A stretch of 64,000 nt of DNA from a virus (IMGVR_UViG_3300035703_000003); one strand, 5' to 3'. Counted from the first letter of the stretch, positions 20,931 through 30,869 are shown. Program-made: numbers and translations. The notes: generated by a model from the sequence alone, not told the origin.

Positions 20931-21563
20931 ATGATTTCAGAACATATAGATATTAAAAAAGCAGTTATCAGAAGCCAACATTGCCAGAGAAATTTCGATT
21001 TAACAAATGAAATTCCGGAACAAGATTTAGAAACACTAGTATACGCTGCAACAAACTGTCCTAGTAAACAAAACATTGCATTTTACAAGTTGCATGTTAT
21101 TAAAGACAGGTCAATAATCGAGCGTGTCCATGACTTAGCACCAGGAACACATGCATATAATGAAGCGGGGGAAATGATCGCTACTACTAATAGCCAAGTC
21201 TTGGCAAACGTCATATTTGTTTATGAACAACTAGAGTTAACAGATTTAACTGAACGTGGATTTACCAAGTGGTATAATGCAGACGAAGCTGAAGTTGATA
21301 CATTCAAGCGTGATCGTGCAACTGCCATTGGTATTGCTAGTGGCTATGTTAATTTAACTGCAGCAGTGTTAGGATATAGCACAGGTTGCTGTCAGTGTTT
21401 CTTATCGCACGATATTAAAGAATACTTAGGACTAACAAATAATCCGGCTATGATTCAGGGAATTGGTTTTAAAGATTCTTCACGCAACCGACGTTTACAC
21501 GAAAAGAACGGGTTAATGTTCCCGACTCGTAAAAAAGAAGAAATTGCAATAAGCTATAGATAA
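20931..21563 (+). CDS. Nitroreductase-family flavoprotein
   Basis: RSQHCQRNF, CPSKQN, LTAAVLGYSTG. Confidence 0.75.
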   Translation: MISEHIDIKKAVIRSQHCQRNFDLTNEIPEQDLETLVYAATNCPSKQNIAFYKLHVIKDRSIIERVHDLAPGTHAYNEAGEMIATTNSQVLANVIFVYEQLELTDLTERGFTKWYNADEAEVDTFKRDRATAIGIASGYVNLTAAVLGYSTGCCQCFLSHDIKEYLGLTNNPAMIQGIGFKDSSRNRRLHEKNGLMFPTRKKEEIAISYR

Positions 21564-21574
21564 AAAGTAAGCCA

Positions 21575-22651
21575 ATGCACAATGAAGAGCGAGAGCCGTT
21601 TTGTTTAGCCCCGTGGGTAAGTATTCAATATGGTGCTATGAGTAAAGGCGGAGTGACTCCTTGTTGCGAATGGAATCGTTCCTGGGATCCATATTATGGG
21701 CCGTTGTCTTCTTATTTTAGTAGCCAATGGCTTACTACAATTAAAGAAGCAATGCTAAACAAAGATATGGACATTATTAATCTTACTTGCAGTTCTTGCA
21801 TTGACCTTGAAAAATTAAACATTATTTCTACTAGACAACGACTAACCGACAAACGTCTAACAATTGATTCTAGTTTACGTATTGTAGATTATCGACCTAG
21901 TAATCTGTGTAACTTGAAATGCAGAATGTGCGGCCCTTCTAATAGCTCAATGATCGCTAAAGAAGAAAATGTAATAATACCTGAATTAGATAAAACGGAG
22001 ATATATCAATTAGATTTTAGTACAATAACGGATATTAAGATTTTAGGAGGTGAGCCTAGTATTTCCTCTGATGTCAGTGATTTTTTAGAATATTTAATTG
22101 ATACTGGGTTTTCTAAAAACATAAATTTTATGACCACAACTAATGCAACTAATGCTAATAAAGCATGGATAGATCTAATAACTAAGTTTAAAAGTTGCTA
22201 TGTAATAATAAGTTTAGACGGAATCGGCAAAGTTTATGAATATATCAGAACAAATGCAAACTGGGATAGTGTTTTAAAAAATATTAAAGTGTATCAGTCA
22301 TTGGATAATATCAGTTATAGTTTTCAAGTAACTACATCAATGTATAATATGCCAGTTGTTGAAGATTGGATCGAATGGTTTTTTGATAAAGATACTAACA
22401 TTTATCCAGTGGATGGTTTTCCTGAATTATCTTTGTCTGCACTGCCCGATGATATACGACAAGAAAAAATTGAATACTTAAAAAAATTTAATAATAGTGT
22501 TTCACGTGATGCAATTTCTATATTGTCTTCTGACAAATTTGATAAATCGATGAATGATAAATTTAGAGATTATACATATGCTAAAGATAAAATAAGAAAC
22601 ACAAACATATTAGACGTGTCTACTGTATTTAAAAAAGTGCTGAACACATAA
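21575..22651 (+). CDS. Radical SAM protein, subfamily A
   Basis: CLAPW...PCC...CSSC; CNLKCRMC; GGEP; SLDG. Confidence 0.9.
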   Translation: MHNEEREPFCLAPWVSIQYGAMSKGGVTPCCEWNRSWDPYYGPLSSYFSSQWLTTIKEAMLNKDMDIINLTCSSCIDLEKLNIISTRQRLTDKRLTIDSSLRIVDYRPSNLCNLKCRMCGPSNSSMIAKEENVIIPELDKTEIYQLDFSTITDIKILGGEPSISSDVSDFLEYLIDTGFSKNINFMTTTNATNANKAWIDLITKFKSCYVIISLDGIGKVYEYIRTNANWDSVLKNIKVYQSLDNISYSFQVTTSMYNMPVVEDWIEWFFDKDTNIYPVDGFPELSLSALPDDIRQEKIEYLKKFNNSVSRDAISILSSDKFDKSMNDKFRDYTYAKDKIRNTNILDVSTVFKKVLNT

Positions 22652-22652
22652 A

Positions 22653-23840
22653 ATGGGGGAATACAAAGTGACACATCGTTGCATTTATACACACGCAGGG
22701 ATATCTATAACCGAATCATATGGTTATTTGAAGCCATGTTGTAGGTTCAAGCCGATTAATCCACCTGATATGCCTAATATATTTGACGTAGACACCCTCG
22801 ACAATATACATCAAACTTCTTACTTTGCTGACATCAGAACCTCAATGGAAACAACTGATAAGCTAATTCAACAGTGTGAAAGGTGTAATATACATGAACA
22901 GCACGGGATAAAGAGTAAACGACAAGAAGGCAATGATTACTTTTCAACTGTTGATATTGTTCCAGGCTATGTGCAAGACTTGGAAATAGCACTAGATTAC
23001 ACATGTAATATGATGTGCAGAATGTGTGGTCCGACTGCTAGTAGCAAGTGGAATGCAGCTAAATCGGTTTTCCGGGATTTAAAAAATAAAAATATAAAAT
23101 TTGACAGCGTCGAATCGGGCAAATATAAACAGTATGCAGATCAGTTTCGTAAAGTCTTTAATAACACGAGTCTTAAATATGTAAGATTTATTAAAATTGA
23201 AGGCGGAGAGCCGTTTTATTCCAAGAATTTAGAATGGTTTCTCGATAAATTACACACAGATTCAATTGACTCTAAGAAAGTAAAGTTAAACATTTTCTCT
23301 AACGGAAGTATATTTCCAAGTGCAACAATACTTGAAAAATTGAAAAATTTTGATACTGATATCACTTTTAGTCTCGATGCATATGGAGATTTAGCATCAG
23401 TAATAAGGCACGGTATTGATTGGAAAGAGGTGGAACTTTCGTTACGCCAATGGGCAATATACGCAAGGCTTAACAATATAGACCTTTGTACAAACACAGT
23501 ATTAAGTATAATGAACGTTAATATGATTGAACCATTAATATACTTTTGTGATAGTCTGGGCATTACAGTGTATTTTGACAATTTGGTACATCCTGATTAT
23601 CTTTCAATGTATCAGTTACCGTTGCATGTCAGACAGCAATGGCAAGATAACTACAAAGGTATTTCGAAAGGCGAAGCGTTCAATGAACTATTAATGGCAA
23701 ACATAACAGAAACTGCTAATTTTGATAAATTTTTACACTTCACTGAAATACTTGATAAGTATCACGGTGTAAGTTTTAAAGAACATAACTCCGAAATGTT
23801 TAATATAATACAAGGTTTACATGATAATAACAGGCAATAA
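22653..23840 (+). CDS. Radical SAM protein, subfamily A
   Basis: C...PCC...CERC; CNMMCRMC; GGEP; SLDA. Confidence 0.9.
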   Translation: MGEYKVTHRCIYTHAGISITESYGYLKPCCRFKPINPPDMPNIFDVDTLDNIHQTSYFADIRTSMETTDKLIQQCERCNIHEQHGIKSKRQEGNDYFSTVDIVPGYVQDLEIALDYTCNMMCRMCGPTASSKWNAAKSVFRDLKNKNIKFDSVESGKYKQYADQFRKVFNNTSLKYVRFIKIEGGEPFYSKNLEWFLDKLHTDSIDSKKVKLNIFSNGSIFPSATILEKLKNFDTDITFSLDAYGDLASVIRHGIDWKEVELSLRQWAIYARLNNIDLCTNTVLSIMNVNMIEPLIYFCDSLGITVYFDNLVHPDYLSMYQLPLHVRQQWQDNYKGISKGEAFNELLMANITETANFDKFLHFTEILDKYHGVSFKEHNSEMFNIIQGLHDNNRQ

Positions 23841-24360
23841 AACTACAGGTATAGCAAAAGAACTGTTTGCACTATATCCAGATGCTACATTCTGCAGTAG
23901 AGAAACCGGATATAATCTTGTTGCTAAAGAAGGCAGGGAACAATTTGCTAACGAAGCTATAAATCATGACATTGTAATACTTAATTCTGCACTGTGGCAG
24001 TTCCAACAAACTGTCCTACTAGATACAGTATACAAGGCACTTATTAATGCTAATAAAACAGCATATATTGTATGCATTGGTAGTACAACTGATCGAGTTA
24101 ACAAAGGTACCAGCTGGTTGTATAATGCAGAAAAAAAAGCGTTACGTGATTACTGTAATAGCTTAAGTTTGTTGGGTGTATGGAATGGCGGCCCGAAAGT
24201 CTCTTATATTAGCTTTGGAACGTTATCTAATAATCAGCAAAAGCACCCAGATCGTGTATGTATGGATATATCTGTTGCGGCAAACTATATAAAATGGGTA
24301 ATAGATCAACCTATTCATATTAATGAAATTAGCTTAGACCCGATACAATCCTCTCAGTGA
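23821..24360 (+). CDS. Short SDR-like NAD(P)-dependent oxidoreductase
   Basis: ITG...GIA, NSA, GS, YNAEK. Confidence 0.65.
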   Translation: MIITGNKTTGIAKELFALYPDATFCSRETGYNLVAKEGREQFANEAINHDIVILNSALWQFQQTVLLDTVYKALINANKTAYIVCIGSTTDRVNKGTSWLYNAEKKALRDYCNSLSLLGVWNGGPKVSYISFGTLSNNQQKHPDRVCMDISVAANYIKWVIDQPIHINEISLDPIQSSQ

Positions 24361-24381
24361 ATATAAAAGAAAGTTATTATA

Positions 24382-25833
24382 ATGATAGATTTATTAATTT
24401 GCGTTATACCTAAGATTAATCCAGACGCACCTACTGTCGGTCCTGCAGTACTAAAATCACATTGTGAAGCAGCAGGGTTTTCGTGCGAAGTGGTAGACTT
24501 TAACATTAAACTGTATAATGAATTAAAAAGCAAAAACAAAGATAACTTATACTTTAAGGACGATGCGTTGTTTGCAATAGAACACGATGCGCCTGATTTG
24601 ACACCTGACTTTGAAATATTTTATAATGAGTTTGAATATGTTTTTCTTGACTGGATCAAATTTATTAAAGAAAAAAATCCACGTGTAATAGGTCTAAGTT
24701 TGCTAACAATTTTTAGTTTAAGTGTAGCAACACGCTTAGGGGAATTAATTAGAATTCATTTACCCGATCTCAAAATATTGTGGGGAGGCGCTGCAGTGGA
24801 GTGGGGCATACATGTGTTCAAAGAGCGCAATTTATTCGACGATTACATATATGGTGATGGAGAGTTGAGTGTGGTTGAATACCTTAAAGGCAATATGAAC
24901 TACAAAGGTATAAACAGCTTAGATGTAAATCAAGTTAACAATTTAAACGAAATAATGTTGCCGAATTATGATGACATTAAATGGGATGAATATTATGATA
25001 TGGATGAAGATTTGCCTGTATATATTACAGGTAGTAGAGGGTGTGTTAAACGTTGCACATTTTGTAATGTGTACGAAGTCTGGCCTGATTTTAGATATCG
25101 TAGTGGTAAGAACATTGCAAAAGAGATTATCAGTCTTAAAGAACGATACAATAGATATACGTTTAGGTTTACCGACAGCTTGATTAATGGGAGTATGAAG
25201 GCATTTAGAGAGTTAATGACAGAATTAATCGAGTACAGAAACACCAATGACACCAATGATTCATTTGGATGGAGCAGTCAGTGGATTATTCGATCTAAAG
25301 GTCAAAGCCCAGAATCAGATTATGCAAACATGAAAAAAAGTGGTTGCGTAAAACTAGAGATCGGATTAGAATCATTTAGTCAACATGTTCGATATGATAT
25401 GGGTAAGAAGTTTACAGACGTCGACCTGTGGTGGTGTTTAGAACAGTTAAACAAGTATAAAATACCTCATATACTATTAATGATTACAGGATATCCAACT
25501 GAAACTGAAGAAGATCATCAAATTACATTACAATCAGTTAAAAAAATATTTGAAATGAATTGGCGTCACACTCATTTTAGTTTTGGTAATACACTAATGT
25601 TATCAAAAGCACAGCCATTGTATAAATTAATCAAGGATGATTTAGAATATTTCAATAGCAACGTTGATTGGAAATATAAAGATAACGATTTTGAAACACG
25701 TATTCGGCGATTTAACGAAGTTAATAGTTTAGTCAGAGAGTTAAAAAATAAAAAAGAACTGTCCTGGATGAATGAACGAGCTCTTAAGAATCTTAACAAT
25801 GCAATTGAAAACAAGGATGTTAGAATCACTTAA
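24382..25833 (+). CDS. Cobalamin-binding radical SAM protein, close paralogue of 17063..18499
   Basis: PKI.PDAPTVGPA; GSRGCVKRCTFC; GLES; GYPTET. Confidence 0.88.
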   Translation: MIDLLICVIPKINPDAPTVGPAVLKSHCEAAGFSCEVVDFNIKLYNELKSKNKDNLYFKDDALFAIEHDAPDLTPDFEIFYNEFEYVFLDWIKFIKEKNPRVIGLSLLTIFSLSVATRLGELIRIHLPDLKILWGGAAVEWGIHVFKERNLFDDYIYGDGELSVVEYLKGNMNYKGINSLDVNQVNNLNEIMLPNYDDIKWDEYYDMDEDLPVYITGSRGCVKRCTFCNVYEVWPDFRYRSGKNIAKEIISLKERYNRYTFRFTDSLINGSMKAFRELMTELIEYRNTNDTNDSFGWSSQWIIRSKGQSPESDYANMKKSGCVKLEIGLESFSQHVRYDMGKKFTDVDLWWCLEQLNKYKIPHILLMITGYPTETEEDHQITLQSVKKIFEMNWRHTHFSFGNTLMLSKAQPLYKLIKDDLEYFNSNVDWKYKDNDFETRIRRFNEVNSLVRELKNKKELSWMNERALKNLNNAIENKDVRIT

Positions 25834-26791
25834 AAATCATAGGGCTGTTATAATTTTTAATTTTTGTAGTACAAATATCGGTTACGCACCCGCACAAATC
25901 ATACCTGCATTTGACAGGTATAAATGGAAATTCGAAGTTCAGATTATCTAAGTTCCCTAATACTAAGTCAGGATTGCATCCAGAACCTATTTTAATGTCA
26001 CCGTAACGATTAATAGTAATGGTATCGATCCCAATAAAACACGCCCAGCCTTTCCAACTATTTTCTTTTTTAAGAATCAATTGATTGATGTCAACTTTAT
26101 TATCAACAGTCGTGCCATTTAAATTTTTAATCATTGGATTTGATAACAAATCTAAATTTTTTCCGTTTTTGTGTGGTAAGTTTGATATAATGTGAGTCTG
26201 ATCGTCTGTGTACGGCATTAGTTCAGGTTTGCTTAAAATAGCTAATAATGGTTTTGGATATAAATTGATATTATTGTTTAAGTGTTCTGACGCATAGTTA
26301 TAATCATCGATACATTTATCAAAACAGTTTATATCTATTGCAATTTGAAAATCAATGCATACGTCGGCTGTGATGCTGTTAAATTTATGAACCAGTTCTT
26401 TTATGTTCGATTGAGATACATGCACTGTTAATAAAATTTTATCAAGATACGGAGATGTTCGTTCCCACCAATCTAATGTTTTGTTGCCGTTTGTTAAAAT
26501 CTGTAATATGTTTTTATTATTAACGAGTTTTACATGTTTAGAAAAATCTGTAAGTTTGTTCCATATTGTAGGTTCGCCGCCTAATAGATTATAAACTGCA
26601 AAGTCTTTAACACTGATAAAATCTTTATCTATTTTATCAACAAGCGTAATCGCTTTATCGAACGCAGGGAAATTAACTTTACCATCGTGTGATTCCGGAG
26701 TACAATAATGACACTTATAATTGCAACGACTAGACATATCCCAATCAACATATACATAACGTTTTTTATGTGTCAGCTCGTCGTATTCCAT
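25826..26791 (-). CDS. Radical SAM protein, subfamily B (inverted orientation)
   Basis: CNYKCHYC; GGEPTIW; CFIG...GC...C....CGC; start ATG 26791. Confidence 0.9.
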   Translation of the reverse strand: MEYDELTHKKRYVYVDWDMSSRCNYKCHYCTPESHDGKVNFPAFDKAITLVDKIDKDFISVKDFAVYNLLGGEPTIWNKLTDFSKHVKLVNNKNILQILTNGNKTLDWWERTSPYLDKILLTVHVSQSNIKELVHKFNSITADVCIDFQIAIDINCFDKCIDDYNYASEHLNNNINLYPKPLLAILSKPELMPYTDDQTHIISNLPHKNGKNLDLLSNPMIKNLNGTTVDNKVDINQLILKKENSWKGWACFIGIDTITINRYGDIKIGSGCNPDLVLGNLDNLNFEFPFIPVKCRYDLCGCVTDICTTKIKNYNSPMIFK

Positions 26792-26796
26792 AGCAA

Positions 26797-26859
26797 TATT
26801 TATTGTTGTTAAATACATATACAATTGACAAATATCTGGATGGTGTTACAATATAAATA
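26797..26859. promoter_or_regulatory. Divergent promoter region
   Basis: Plus strand: TTGACA 26825, TGtTACAAT ending 26852, and TATAAATA 26852-26859 overlapping the ATG. Minus strand: AATAAATA 26797-26804. Confidence 0.6.
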
Positions 26860-27971
26860 TGACTGAAGATTTAAAATGGAGCAATTATGACTTTACCAAA
26901 ATCCCGTTTGACGACATTGTCCAAGTCGGTCAACGGACACTCTTATATAGAGACTTATTTACTGTATCTTGGCTCCTTGGAAGATTCTGCAACTATCGTT
27001 GCTCATACTGTTGGCCATACGCAAGATCAAACACAAAAGATCATCGACCTACAGAGCTATGTCTCAAAACAATCGACGAAATAAAGCGACAGGCACGGGG
27101 TAATGGATTTAATAGTTTTCATTTTTCTCTTAGTGGTGGCGAGCCTACATTTCATCCAGGTTATCTCGACATCCTTAAGTATCTTGCTGATGATGTTAGC
27201 AATACTAATTACACTTCCATACACATGACATCAAATTGTTCTAGACCAGTGTCCTGGTTTGAACAATATGTTGAATACTCTAAGCCTTTTCATCGTGCAA
27301 GTATTACTGCTAGCTTGCATACAGAACACTTAGATACAAAGGAGAAAATGCAGGAGTTTGCTGACAAGCTAATACTGTGTCAATCAAATGATATACAAAT
27401 TACAATCAATATGGTTATGGTTCCAGAGTGGTTTGAGAAGGATTGGGAAAACGCTTTATTCTTCCATGACCAAGGAATTAACGTTACCCTCAAACCGCAA
27501 AGTGATCCTACTGCCAGCAGGGTGGTGGATGGTTATACCCCCGATATGCTTAAGCGACTGTGGAACGGAATGCCACAACGAGCATACACAGAAAGCAAAC
27601 GACTCTGGGCAAATAGACCAACCCCAACATTCGAACTCCCGGACTACACTATAGGGCGCAATGATGCTACTGTGCCATGGCATATGCAAGTAGAGTTTAC
27701 CGACTCTAAGGGCGAAAAATGGTACATGGATCAAGCAGAACGATTCAATGCATTTAACTTCAATAATTTTAAAGGTTGGAGTTGCAATGCAGGATACCAA
27801 GGCATAATTATTAGAGAGCCAGACGGGTCAGTTAAACGTTCATACTCATGTCATGATGTTCCGTTGGGTAATATTGAAACAGGATTTAAGTTGTTTGACA
27901 AACCCATGACTTGTATAACATCTAGTTGTGTAAGCAGTGCAGACAGTAAAATTCCAAAAAGAAAGCAATGA
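26859..27971 (+). CDS. Radical SAM protein, subfamily B
   Basis: CNYRCSYC; GGEPTFH; WSCNAG...SC...C....C. Confidence 0.9.
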   Translation: MTEDLKWSNYDFTKIPFDDIVQVGQRTLLYRDLFTVSWLLGRFCNYRCSYCWPYARSNTKDHRPTELCLKTIDEIKRQARGNGFNSFHFSLSGGEPTFHPGYLDILKYLADDVSNTNYTSIHMTSNCSRPVSWFEQYVEYSKPFHRASITASLHTEHLDTKEKMQEFADKLILCQSNDIQITINMVMVPEWFEKDWENALFFHDQGINVTLKPQSDPTASRVVDGYTPDMLKRLWNGMPQRAYTESKRLWANRPTPTFELPDYTIGRNDATVPWHMQVEFTDSKGEKWYMDQAERFNAFNFNNFKGWSCNAGYQGIIIREPDGSVKRSYSCHDVPLGNIETGFKLFDKPMTCITSSCVSSADSKIPKRKQ

Positions 27972-28606
27972 AAACATACAGCATAACAGATAGTTTAAAT
28001 TTTACAATATATCCGGGTAATATAGGTATATGTGTATCTGGTGGGGCCGACAGTGCATTACTGTTATATTTTACTTTGAAATACGCAACCGAACACGTAC
28101 ATGTTTTCTCTCTCGCAAGTCAGGAAAAACAGTTAACAAATACACATGCTGCTATTAATGTAATCAATAAGTGCATTGAGTTAACAGGGAATTATAATTT
28201 AACACACCACATGTCGTATGTATCGGCACAAACAAAAGAAAATTTATTCACATTGCCGTTTCAGTTTTTAAACAGTAATACTATATCTACCATTTATACT
28301 GGAGTAACTAAAAATCCACCTCGTAATATAACAAATAACTTTACAATACCAACGTTGGAAAATCTAGAAAGAGATCCGGACGTAACACGCAATGTTAAAC
28401 AAGAATTTTTTTATATTCCATGGACTAACATAGACAAACGTGATTTACATGATATATATGAAAAATACAATCTTAAAGATACTTTATACCCTGTAACCAG
28501 AAGTTGCGAATGGGTAAGCTATACTAATTGGCCCGACCCGGGCGATAATCACTGTGGTAAATGTTGGTGGTGCCAAGAACGAGTTTGGGGTTTTGGAAAG
28601 TTATAA
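27968..28606 (+). CDS. QueC-like PP-loop ATP pyrophosphatase (paralogue 4)
   Basis: SGGADS; TRSCE...CGKCWWCQER. Confidence 0.8.
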   Translation: MKTYSITDSLNFTIYPGNIGICVSGGADSALLLYFTLKYATEHVHVFSLASQEKQLTNTHAAINVINKCIELTGNYNLTHHMSYVSAQTKENLFTLPFQFLNSNTISTIYTGVTKNPPRNITNNFTIPTLENLERDPDVTRNVKQEFFYIPWTNIDKRDLHDIYEKYNLKDTLYPVTRSCEWVSYTNWPDPGDNHCGKCWWCQERVWGFGKL

Positions 28607-28612
28607 ATCATA

Positions 28613-29143
28613 ATGAAGTTTGCTATAACTGGACACACTCGGGGACTTGGTGCTGCAATTGTACGACAATTGTCATACAGCCACAGTGCTGTGGGTTTTA
28701 GTAAGTCTACGGGTTATAATATATTAGATAAAGAGGATAGAAAACTTATTATCGAGCAATCGTCGGGATGCCATGTATTTGTAAACAATGCACACAACGG
28801 ATATGCACAAACCGAATTACTGTACGAGTTATGGGACGCATGGAAAGATCAAGATAAGCTAATAGTGAACATAGGTAGTAATACAACTGACAGTCTTAAG
28901 CCATTTCCACATCAATACGTATCTGAAAAAATTGCATTAGAAAAGGCTAACGAACAACTGGCCAATCTTAATATGCCCTGCAAGGTTTCTATATATAGAT
29001 TTGGATGGGTAGGAACAGAACGAGTAATCAATAACTATCATCCAGAAAAATATATTATTCCCGATGATGCAGCAAAATTTATTGTAGACACAATAATGCA
29101 AACTTATAATTACAGACTAGTAAACACAACGCTATTGCCCTAA
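28613..29143 (+). CDS. Short SDR-like oxidoreductase
   Basis: TGHTRGLG, NNA, NIGS, YVSEK. Confidence 0.7.
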   Translation: MKFAITGHTRGLGAAIVRQLSYSHSAVGFSKSTGYNILDKEDRKLIIEQSSGCHVFVNNAHNGYAQTELLYELWDAWKDQDKLIVNIGSNTTDSLKPFPHQYVSEKIALEKANEQLANLNMPCKVSIYRFGWVGTERVINNYHPEKYIIPDDAAKFIVDTIMQTYNYRLVNTTLLP

Positions 29144-29152
29144 GGATATTAA

Positions 29153-30178
29153 ATGATATACACAGAGTGGGACAAACTCGAAGAAGTTGTTGTCGGAAAA
29201 ACATATTTACCGGAAGTGTTAAGTGGTAAATTCCATGATAACGAATTTATCGACGGTATGTCTAAAATTTTAGAAGAGACCGAAGAAGATTTTTTAAAGT
29301 TAGTAAGAATATTCAAATCTGCAGGTGTTAAAGTTTATCGCCCACGAGACATGACATTGCAACTTGAAGCAACAAGAACATGGACTAGTAGATTCCCATA
29401 CCCTGCCATCTGCCCACGTGACTTTCATATTGCATATGGTGATACCATCCTAAGCACAATCGGCGGCGATCCTAATCGTTATACAGAAAGCGATTACTTT
29501 TTAGATATTATGTTAGAAAAGTATAAAGAAGGACGTAATTATATTAGTATGCCTAAGCCATTATTAACAAGTGAATATCGGCCATATGAACATCTAGAAG
29601 GACAAATACTGTATCACTCTGCATGTTTTTTAAAAGCAGGAGATACTATATTGCACACAATACCTTATGATGATGAGTTATATGGTCGTGGAACGAAAAC
29701 AGGGTTGGAATGGGTTAAGCGAAATATTGGCAGAGAAGTAAAATGGGTAGAAATACCAACTGTCGGACATGCTGATGGCAGACTTGCATTGCTTAAGCCT
29801 GGTCTACTAATGTGTTACCACAAAAAGCATATTCCAGAAGCATTGAGTAATTGGACAGTAATACAAACCAAACGCAAGCCAATGCCTGAATATTTCGATC
29901 ATCTCAAAGGGGAATTTTTTTACAAAAAAACAGTCACTGACTGGTTAAGTCATTGGATAGGTTATGTAGACGAAACTGTGTTTGATCTTAATGTTATAAG
30001 TATAGACGAGAACACTGTTATCACAAACGGCTACGATGCAGAAGTGTATAAGCAGCTAAAATCAAATGGCATAGAAGGCATACCGTTTGATTTTAGGCAC
30101 AAGTATTTCTGGGATAGTGGTTTGCATTGTGTTACTCTTGATTTAAAACGTAGTGGAGGTCCAGATAGTTATGTATAA
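29153..30178 (+). CDS. Amidinotransferase (second paralogue)
   Basis: EWDKLEEVVVG, CPRD, GHADG, GLHCVTLD. Confidence 0.87.
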   Translation: MIYTEWDKLEEVVVGKTYLPEVLSGKFHDNEFIDGMSKILEETEEDFLKLVRIFKSAGVKVYRPRDMTLQLEATRTWTSRFPYPAICPRDFHIAYGDTILSTIGGDPNRYTESDYFLDIMLEKYKEGRNYISMPKPLLTSEYRPYEHLEGQILYHSACFLKAGDTILHTIPYDDELYGRGTKTGLEWVKRNIGREVKWVEIPTVGHADGRLALLKPGLLMCYHKKHIPEALSNWTVIQTKRKPMPEYFDHLKGEFFYKKTVTDWLSHWIGYVDETVFDLNVISIDENTVITNGYDAEVYKQLKSNGIEGIPFDFRHKYFWDSGLHCVTLDLKRSGGPDSYV

Positions 30179-30869
30179 TGTAGTAATGAAAACACCTGAG
30201 GTTTTAGTAGTAGATGACTTTTTGCCAACTGACGTGTGGGATAAAATTTTTAATCAAGTTCAAATTGATCGTTGGCGCCAGTCTGAAATAGACGATAAAT
30301 TCTGGCACATGACCGACGGTGCTAACTATAAAGGTGTTAAGCGTTGGCATAGTGAGCGACCTTACAAGGATAATGGCGAATTGTGGTTTGAACACTTTAC
30401 AACTTTTTTAAAGAACTGCTTAGATACTAAAGATTTTGTTAATGAAAAATACGATAACATTGCTATGCAGTGTCATGGTTATCCTACAGGTAGTAAAAAT
30501 CCATGGCACACAGACTTAGGTTATACCACATACACGTATTATCTTCATAAAAAATGGCAAATCAATTGGGATTCAACTCTACTTATTATTCCAATGGACG
30601 CTAAGTTAGAATATGAGCAATTATTAAAATTAGATGAGAACTCAGTTCACACAGATTCATACGCAGAATATAATATGCCAATGGAAATGTTTGAACAAAG
30701 TAAAAAGTTTAGTTCGATAATAGAATACGGCAGGGGTATATTTGTAAGCCCAAAACCCAATCGATTAGTTCTTATTAATAAAAATATAATACATGGTGTT
30801 ACCCGTGTCGACTCGGACGCCGGCGAAAATGTAAGAGTTTCATTGACAGGTGGTATATGGGACCATTGA
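30171..30869 (+). CDS. 2OG-Fe(II) oxygenase (prolyl-hydroxylase-like)
   Basis: VVDDFLP, WHTD, PKPNRLV...HGV...RVS. Confidence 0.8.
   Translation: MYNVVMKTPEVLVVDDFLPTDVWDKIFNQVQIDRWRQSEIDDKFWHMTDGANYKGVKRWHSERPYKDNGELWFEHFTTFLKNCLDTKDFVNEKYDNIAMQCHGYPTGSKNPWHTDLGYTTYTYYLHKKWQINWDSTLLIIPMDAKLEYEQLLKLDENSVHTDSYAEYNMPMEMFEQSKKFSSIIEYGRGIFVSPKPNRLVLINKNIIHGVTRVDSDAGENVRVSLTGGIWDH

Noticed and set aside
7442-28606. Naming the four PP-loop genes queC
   Set aside because: Canonical QueC substrate motifs are missing, so they are left as QueC-like
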